A model generated the notes under the pieces. It was not told where the DNA came from. It did not search any database and saw only the letters and a list, made by a program, of their open reading frames with translations. From an uncultured virus (IMG/VR IMGVR_UViG_3300042298_003554) (taxonomy: Duplodnaviria > Heunggongvirae > Uroviricota > Caudoviricetes): 64,000 bases of DNA. Shown here piece by piece: positions 51,401 through 60,400 of this stretch (the first letter of the stretch is position 1; each line of letters starts with the position of its first letter). The DNA lies in the IMG/VR virus record IMGVR_UViG_3300042298_003554; one strand, 5' to 3'. Both the position numbers and the translations under genes were made by a program.

Positions 51401-54400
51401 TTAGGAGAAATATTTGGCAATGGCTCCGTATTGATCTCTTTAATAAATGTTTCTATTTTGGTATTTCCGGATGGTCCTTCCATAAGTTTAGTATATAATG
51501 ATTGATAGCCCAAGATCAGGTCTGTAAACTCACCATCTTTTCCATTTTTATATATGTCAGATTTGGTTAATTGTTTTTCTGATCCGATAATACTATCAAT
51601 ATCTTGTATTCCCCAAAATAAACTTTTTTGATATTTTGGTAATTCAGCTTTTTTAGTTCCAGTGATTGAACCATAATTATTATATAATGTACCAATTTTT
51701 TCTCCAAGATATATTCTTTCAAAAGATTCACCAATGCCGGACTTGCCTCTATTTCCAACAGCAATAAAATTATCTGTTTGAATTGTTCCTAATTTTTTAA
51801 AGTCTTTATCACCATATTGTTCTAAAATAGGTAGTTTTAATTTAGTAGCCTGTTCTGCATTTTTAGCTGTTTTTTGTTTTTCTGTTGATTGGCTAACGGC
51901 TTCTTGTAATTTAGGCGCATCGTCATCTTTTCCGGTTCCGGCGGTTGCTACTCCTCCAGCTAAAACATATCCTCCCTCATTGTAGTATCTTACTTTTCCA
52001 CCATTACTATATTTTTTACTATTAATATTTTGTAATAATGGAAGATTAGCTTTTGTTGCTGCTCGATTAACCACAAACTCTCCGGGAGTCAACATTGCAG
52101 GAACAGTATCAGTTCCTTTTGGAGCAAAATCAATAGCTCTGCCCATTGATGCGTATATTACGCCTCCTTTGCGTTTGTTTTGAGCAGGAATAGGGTCTTT
52201 TCCTTCTTCGTCTCTTTTACCTACGATCTCGACCAATTTTTGTATATTGTCTCTTATATCATTAAATACTTGTTGATCGAAAGTTAAAGGAACACTACTA
52301 ATTGCTGTTGCTAGTTTTGTTGCTGCTATTTCTGCGGTATTCTCGCTCATCATCCTTTGTAGTTCACCTAATATATCATTAGCTTGTGTTTGTTTAGCCA
52401 AACTTTCTCTATAAACACTAATAGCTTCTGCCATTTGAGGATCCCCTTCGGGATTTCTTAAACTATCCAAAACTGATTGAAAAGTACTATCTATACCAAC
52501 ACCGCTTTCTTTAAGCATACTTTCTAACACATTAGCTTTTAATTCATTTTGTTGCTGTCCATCTCCTAATAGTGGAGCAAGCATATTAAAAGCCTGTAAA
52601 CTTTCACCTCTTTGTTCTGCTGTGCTACCAACATTTAATCCGCCTCTCATATTATTATTTAATCGTCCTATTGAAGCATTTAATCTGGCTAATTCTTCCG
52701 GATTAGAAGTTACCATTTTTTCTATAAGATTAGCTCCGGCTTGTCTTCTAGCTTGTACCTCTTGAATTTTAGCTAAAGCTGCTTGTGCTAAATCGGTACT
52801 GTCCGCCATTTGTTTTAATGCATCAATATTTTCTCTAAGAGCCACGTTAGTGTTTCTTAGTCGATTTTGCATAACGGCGAATTCGTCTTTTGCGGCCGGA
52901 CCTCTATTGCCAGCATTATCAGCAGCTGTTTGTAATGTTCGTCTTTGAGCTTCTAAATTCACAACGTTTCTACCAATATCACCAGGATTTGTTAATCCTC
53001 CTGTCATAGATCTTATTGGCGCTTCTGTTACATTTCTTGTTTCTGTTAAAGATACTGTTTGCCCTAATGTTTTAGCTAGTTCCATAGCTCCTTTAGCTTG
53101 AACCTCGCTAGCTTTTCTCATCCTATTATTAGCTTCTATCTGAAAATCAACCATTTGATTCATAGCTTGAGCATACTCATTAAGATTCTTTTGATAAAAT
53201 TCCATAGCTTTAACAGCTAATTCTTGTGCTCTTTGTGCTGAGCTAATAGCTTTTGCAAAAGCGGGAACTTCTTCTGTTATCTGATCAAAGTTTAATCTTG
53301 TATCTTCTCCGCCTCTTTCGCTTCTTATCTTTTCAAAAGCTAATTTAGTTTGTCCTGCTAACTTATCTGCTATATTAGGAGGTAATCCTAAATCTTTTAA
53401 TTGAGCATCTAGAGCATTTCTAATATTTGACGCTATTCCTTCTGTGCTACCTGTTGGATTAGCCTGAACAGAACGATTGATAGTACTCATTACCGTACTT
53501 TCTAACTTATCTCCAAGTCCCAATAGTGGCCTAACAAGATCAGCTTGAGATCCAAAAAATCCTGCTGCTTGATCAAAAGCTGCTCCTTGCTCTTGTCCTG
53601 AATATGCTCTTGGATTTTGTAACACATTAATACTGTCGAGCATAACATCTCCAGCCTTAGCATTTCCGCTTAAAGCTGCTGCTGATAATTCTGCTGAACG
53701 AGAAAGTTTACTTAATTCAAAGTCTGTTTTATTTATGGCCTGTTCCATCCCATTAAACATTCTTTCCAAACTTGTTGCAAAATTATTGGTTTGTCTACCT
53801 AGTTTCTCAAACTCAATTTGTTTCATACTATTTTTCATATTAACACTAGCAACTCTGTTAGCTTCGGATGTTGTTATTTCTTTGATAATAGCGCTTTTGC
53901 GTTGTTCTGATATGTTTCTATCATTCTCTATCAACATAATTTGTTCATTGATTTTCGGATTCATTCTAGCAAGAACTTCAGCTGATTGATTACCAGCAGC
54001 ATTTAATTCAGCAAGAATAGTATCCATGTCCATACCGGACCGAAGTTTATTTTCGAACTGTTTTAATATATTTTGGCCTTGTGGCTGAACCTTTTGAGCT
54101 GTTTCAACGGCCTTTTCTGGTGCAATTCTGCCTATTGCCGCTTGTTGAGCATTATTAGAAAATACAGATGAGATATAGCTTCCAATACCTTCTTTTTCCA
54201 ATATCATACTTCTACCAGCAGCCTGCGAACCACCATCAAGATCTAATAGATTAGCCCACATTGCTTTTGGAACTTTTAAATCAGTTTCAAGATTTTTCAT
54301 CAACTGTTTGGATCCGTAACTTAATTCACTATCAATTTTACTAAGAAAATCTATATTAGTAGTATCTTTTTCAAATTGTGCAAATAGGTCGCTTACTCTA

Positions 54401-57400
54401 CTTAAACTTTCGTCTACTCTTTTTTGACTTGTTTGTAAATCAAACTCTCTAGCAGCATTATATGCTTCTTTAAAACCAGCTGCTATGGCAACTGCCCCAC
54501 CCGCTAACGATGCTCCGACTAAAGCCATAGGACTTGCTATAAAACCCATTATCTTAGGAGCTAAACTAGTGGCTACTTTACCTATACCGCCTCCCATTCC
54601 TTGCATAGTATCTAAAACAAATTTTATACCTCCTGGTAATTGACTTAGAGAAGCTCCTAATGTACTGACGGTACTAGCTACGCTACTTATACCAGTACTA
54701 AGAACAGCAGTATCTTTATTTTCCGACCCTCCTAATGATTTGATAGTAGACGATATGACAGATCCTATTCCACCAATAGCTAAACTAGTTTTAGCCAATG
54801 TAGACGCCATTTTTTGAGCAGCTGCTACGTTCTTGTCGTAAAGATTACTTGCTGCTAATTCGGCAGAACTTGCTAGTTTTTGCAAAGCTTCCTCAGGAAT
54901 ACCCAAACTAACGCTAAGTTTTTGGGTTGCTGATTGTAAAGCTGTTGCATCTGTTGATGATTGTTTGAATGCTTCTTGTAATTCTTGCGAATTATTAATA
55001 ATATCAACAAATGTTTTATCGGTATCCCCCATACTTGCTGCTAAATCATCAATTATAGTTGTTATTTGAGACGATTCAAGATTTGTTCCAAGATCAGCTA
55101 ATTGTTTAGCTAATTGTTCTTTAGCTTTAGTAATTTTATCTTCATCTCCACTGTTAATATCTCCTCGTAAACTAACAGCAGTTTCATTAAACTTACTAAT
55201 TTTACCAGGAGCTGATTTTTGTAGATCTTTAGCAAGATTCAAAATATTTTGTTTAAGATTACTTTGATACTGTGATAGTGTTTGTCCGTTTTGTTCTGCT
55301 TTGAGTCTCATGAGTTCTAATGCGTCAGCCGCTCTTGTAGCAGCTGCTGCTTTGGCTTTGTCTGCCTCGGCGGCAAGATCATTGTTTTTTGATACTTGTG
55401 CAATAATACTATTTAAATCAGTACCTTCTCCTAAGCCCGGAACATTAAATGCTTGTAGTCCTCTGGAACTAATTGTTTCATTAAGTGCTTGTTGTCTTGC
55501 TTCTGGTGCTGACGGAGCTTCTGGCCCTAAAGCATTGCTAAAATCTTGTTCCATAATATCAACTGATCTAGCATCAATTTCTTGTTGTAGTCCGGATATA
55601 TATTCTGCTGTAGACTGATTAGCTTCTTTAGCTTTTTGTGCTAATAATTCTTGTAATATTGCTTGTTGTTGAGCAGCTTTATTAGCCTGTATGGTAGCAT
55701 CAGCAGCCTGAAATTTTGATCTGGCGTCATCCTGAATAGCCTGTTTATCTTCTTTAGACGATGCTCCTCTATATACTGGATCGTATTCGGATTTAATATT
55801 TTGTTTAGTTTCTATTCTTTGAGCAATTGCTTCGTTTTCTGCTGCTGCTAGTTTTTGCTCGGCAGATTTTGGTACGGGAGGCGGCGTTCTTGGTAAAGAA
55901 GTTTTGGGGGTTGTTGAAGTGTCGTCGGGATCGGGCGGGATTTGAGGACTCGGTGGAGTAACCGCATATGTTGTGGCTGATTTTGGCGGCTCTATAGGAG
56001 CAGAATTTTGGTATGCGTCTATTCCTTTATTTAAAGCATCAATATAATTCGTCATAATAGCATCAATTTCTGCCGCGCTTTTTCCTTGTTTAGCCAAAGA
56101 CACGGCTACTGCACGATAGCTTTGCATCATCAAACTAGCATCTTCTACTGTTCCATTGATAGTACTAAAATATCTATCTAAAGCGTTTGCTAAAACCGGA
56201 GCCACTTTGTCTATCTCTTGCCAGGCCGAATAACCATTACTTATGATTTGTTCTGTGGTTCTAAAACTGTCTGCTAATAATATTGCGCTTGTCTTTAGAA
56301 ATCCAAGATCGGGCACTGGCGCCTGAATACCAGTTGCATGTTTTCTATAAGAAACCTTGTCACCATCTTTGAATTTTCTTACTCCAACAGCACCACCACT
56401 ATTTAAACCTAATGCTTTAGTTGCCTTTTCTCTTATAACAAAACTACCTACAGGCAGATTTGTTGGTATACTATCACTGGTTCCGTTTCCGGGGCCCTTA
56501 AATACGCTAATACCTCCTTCACTGAACTCTGTCATACCATTTTTATCAGCTTGATTCATACGTTCTAATTTTCCATAGCCAATTTGTTTAGCAAGTTTGG
56601 GTGGCACAAAAGCCTCTCCGTTACTGACTAGAGCAGGAACTGATCCTCCGCCTTTAAGTTTGCTAATTAATCCACCAACTGATAGTTTTTGTCTACTTAT
56701 TCCGGCGCCTCCCAATAAGTCATCCAGAGTACTATCCAAAATTCCACTTAAATTTTCATCCAACAATGGTAATTTTTGTACTAGTGTTGTTAAAAATTCT
56801 TCTTTACCATTATCTTCATATTTATCTATAACATCTTGACTTATTTTACCTCTTAATAAAATATCATTAACTCTAGGATTCAGTGGCTTGAAAGCTTTAG
56901 CATTTGTGGTGGACTGTGTTTCGGCCCAAGTTTTTCTTAATTCTGGAACATATTCCGGATCACTATTAACATATTTTTCAAATGACTCTTTTTTAGCGGA
57001 GCCTATCATTAAACTGCTTAGTCCACTAAGTTTATAACTTCTTCCATAAGCAACATCAGCACTATTATATCCAGTATTTCCCACCAAAGCATCAAAAGCA
57101 TCGGCCACATCATCATTATTTCCACTAAATAAACTAGCAACTTTGGCCTTGTATGCTTCAAATGATTGAGCATTTTTAGTTCTAAGACTATTAAAAAGTT
57201 GATGAGTTAATTCATGATATAAAATACTATAATCTTGACGTTGACTTGTATTAAACGGATTAGTCGCTATACCAACGCTACCACGACCACTCTGGTTTGC
57301 AGATTGTAATCTAGATTCTTTTGCAGCTTTAATAGCCACATTATTTTTATCAATAAGAGATCTTTGTTGTTTTTGTAAATCTTCTAATTCTGCTCTTAGT

Positions 57401-60400
57401 TTTTCTGTTAGAGCCACATCATAACCAAAACTACCATCTTCATATGTTGTAACAGAAGTTTTGATTGTTTTTAATATTTGTTTCTTTTTTTCTTCTATTA
57501 GTTTAGTATATCCAAATAAATCTTGTTTATCTTGTTCAGTATAACCATATGGTGTCAGGTCCACTCCTTGTAGTCCTCTGGTTCCTGGGCCAGAAGGATC
57601 CTTGTTAAATAGTGCTGTAGCAGGATAATTAACACCAAAATCTAACTGAGTTGGTATAGCAGACAAGAAGTCTGTGGGTGGTAATCCTATGACTCGTGCA
57701 AATTGTCCCATTCTTTCAAAAACTGTATTTCTACTTATTTTATCCTTAAACGAATTTATGAATAGTTCTCTACTAAAAGGAGATTCGTATCCTTTTTGTA
57801 CAGCCTCTTCGTCTACAATCATTCTTTCATTACCAGGATACGTTGAAAAAACCTTCTCCATTTGTTCTTGTTCTAATAATTTTTCCATTTCCCGAACATA
57901 AGCATTACTTATTCTTTTGGGAAATTTAAATGATCCAGAGCCAATTGTTGCTGCTCCTCCTTTAGCATAGGCTTGTGGATTTTCTGTAAAGTATCTACTA
58001 AATTCTTCTCTGGCTTTTGAAAAACTGTCTCCATCCAAAGTTCTTTTTACTTCTGTTTCAATATTCGGAGGTAATCCAAAAAGTTGAGCACCTCTACCTA
58101 GTCCTTGTGGAAAATCAATCGCCCTATTTCTTTGTAAAGCATCAACATTTATATTATAGCCCAATAATTGTGATAGTGCCGCTTCTAACATACCTCCTTC
58201 AATATTAGATTGTCCAAATTTTTCTTCTGCTGGTCCTTTAAGTTCTGGAACTTCACCATAACGAAAAGTGCTTTTACCAGCAGCCATTGTTGCTCTAATA
58301 TTTTCTTCACTATCATCGATTAATTTTTCGGCTGCTGCAACATTAGCAGCTTTAGCTTTTGCTATATTTGTTCCTAATCCTTGACTAACTCCAGTAACAT
58401 CTTGTTCTAAATAGGGTAATCCAAATCTATTAAGAGTAGATGCTATAATATCTGCTGTACTTTGAGGACGAGCCGTTAAGATGCGACTATACATCCTAAC
58501 ATATCCAGGATTTTTTTGTTCTATACTAGCCAATCTTTTAGCTAGTGAGGTTGGTCTAGCTTGGGCTAGACTTTCCATAACTTTTTTTCTATCCGAATAG
58601 GCTGGTAAATCTTCTTTACCATTTTCATCTAGCATTTTTGTTCCAAGAGCTAATGTTTCATCAAAATCTATTGCTAATGGTTGAATTGGCCCCTGAATAT
58701 TTCTATTACCTAATCCGCCTAATGCTGCCGTATCTTGAATATCTTCAGCAAATTTTTGACGAGTAGCTCTATTAGCCTCTTGCATAGCTTCTATTTGTGG
58801 TAAAAAGCTAGATTGAAATCCTCTAACATAACCATAAATTTCTCTACCATCTTCCAACTTCCAGTCTGAAAAATCTTTATTATAATCTAATGGAAATAAT
58901 CCGGCAATTGCAACTTTTCTCATGGCTGCTTCTTTTGCTTCTCTAGCAGCATCTGTTTTTCCTGTCTTAGCTAGCGCCCTATTTATAAATTTAATAGCTT
59001 TTTCTATGTTTTTACCGGCTCTAATATTACTAGCATTCAATATAGAGCTAATCTCTCTTTCTCCAGCTCCTAATCCTAGTATTTTTTTAACTCCGCTAGC
59101 ATCTCCAAAACTGGATAATTGTTCTAAAATTACAGTTTCAATAGATTTTTTTTCTTTAGCAGCTATGTTTTCTACTGTTCCGCCAACCGCAAACCTTCGT
59201 CTTGCTGCTTTTTGATCACCATAAACCATGCGTTTACCAACCGGACCACGCGAAGCTTGTGTTGCTAATTTTCCTCTTTTTATAAACTCTCTAATAGTTT
59301 CTTCATCTTTGAGTTCATCAAATCTCATACTCTGAAGACCGCCGATAGCATCATATCTAGCAACTGGAAATCCATTTAAAACACCAACAGAAGATGATTT
59401 TTCTGAAAATAGTTTTTTAAATAATGGCAACTGTGATCTAGATGATTCTAAATTAGCAATAATTTTATCAGCACGAGCCTCATCAATTATCATAGAATTA
59501 GAAATTGATTTTGATATAAGTTGTTCATCGCTCCCATAAAATTCGCCCAAAAGAGTTCTTATAGTTGATAATTTAGATTGTAGCGCTTCTCCTCCGCCAG
59601 CAAATTTTTTAATTAATCCACCAGAATTTAATAGTTCTTTATATGCTCCGGATCTAGACTGTGTTCTAGTCCTCTGTAGTCCTGTTGCACCGCTTACATA
59701 TGACGATCCAAATTTTGATGGTTTGAATAATAGATCGATATAACTAGATTCCTCTAAATTATCTTGAGTTATAATCCTCTTTAAGCTGTCTAGCTCACTA
59801 TCAATATCAAAACTAGAAATACTTGGAAATTCTGATGGCGGTGGATTATTTTTATTTGTATATTGTTTTGTTGGTAAAGATTTTATAGCAGTAACGAGTT
59901 GTTGTCTTGTATCTTTTTTATCATTTTTAGGCAATCTACCATATTGCCCAACAAACAAAGAATCTTCTGATGTTGCTATAAAATTAGCTAAATCATTTTG
60001 ACTAACTAAATTAGGATTATTGGCTCTAAGAGCTTGATTCCAATTTGATGGTAAATTTAATATAACTCTATCTTTAATTCTAAGTTGCATTTTTTTAATC
60101 AAATTATTAAAATCAAAATCTCCTGATTCTAATTGTTGTTTTGTTACTCCGGCATTGTCGTATGCAGAAGCGAAAAACTCTTTACTTCTATAATTTCTTG
60201 CATAATTTTGTAGATTTTTTTTACTTATTTGTATATCAGATCCTATATGAGATTTATTAAGAGTATTATTTTGCGGAACGATTTTTCTAACTTGATCTCC
60301 TTTAGCATATCTATTCATTCTTACCAAATTACCTCTTCCATACTTATTAACAGCACGATTGCTCATTACTACTTCGCCCGGCTCTAACAATGCTGGAACT

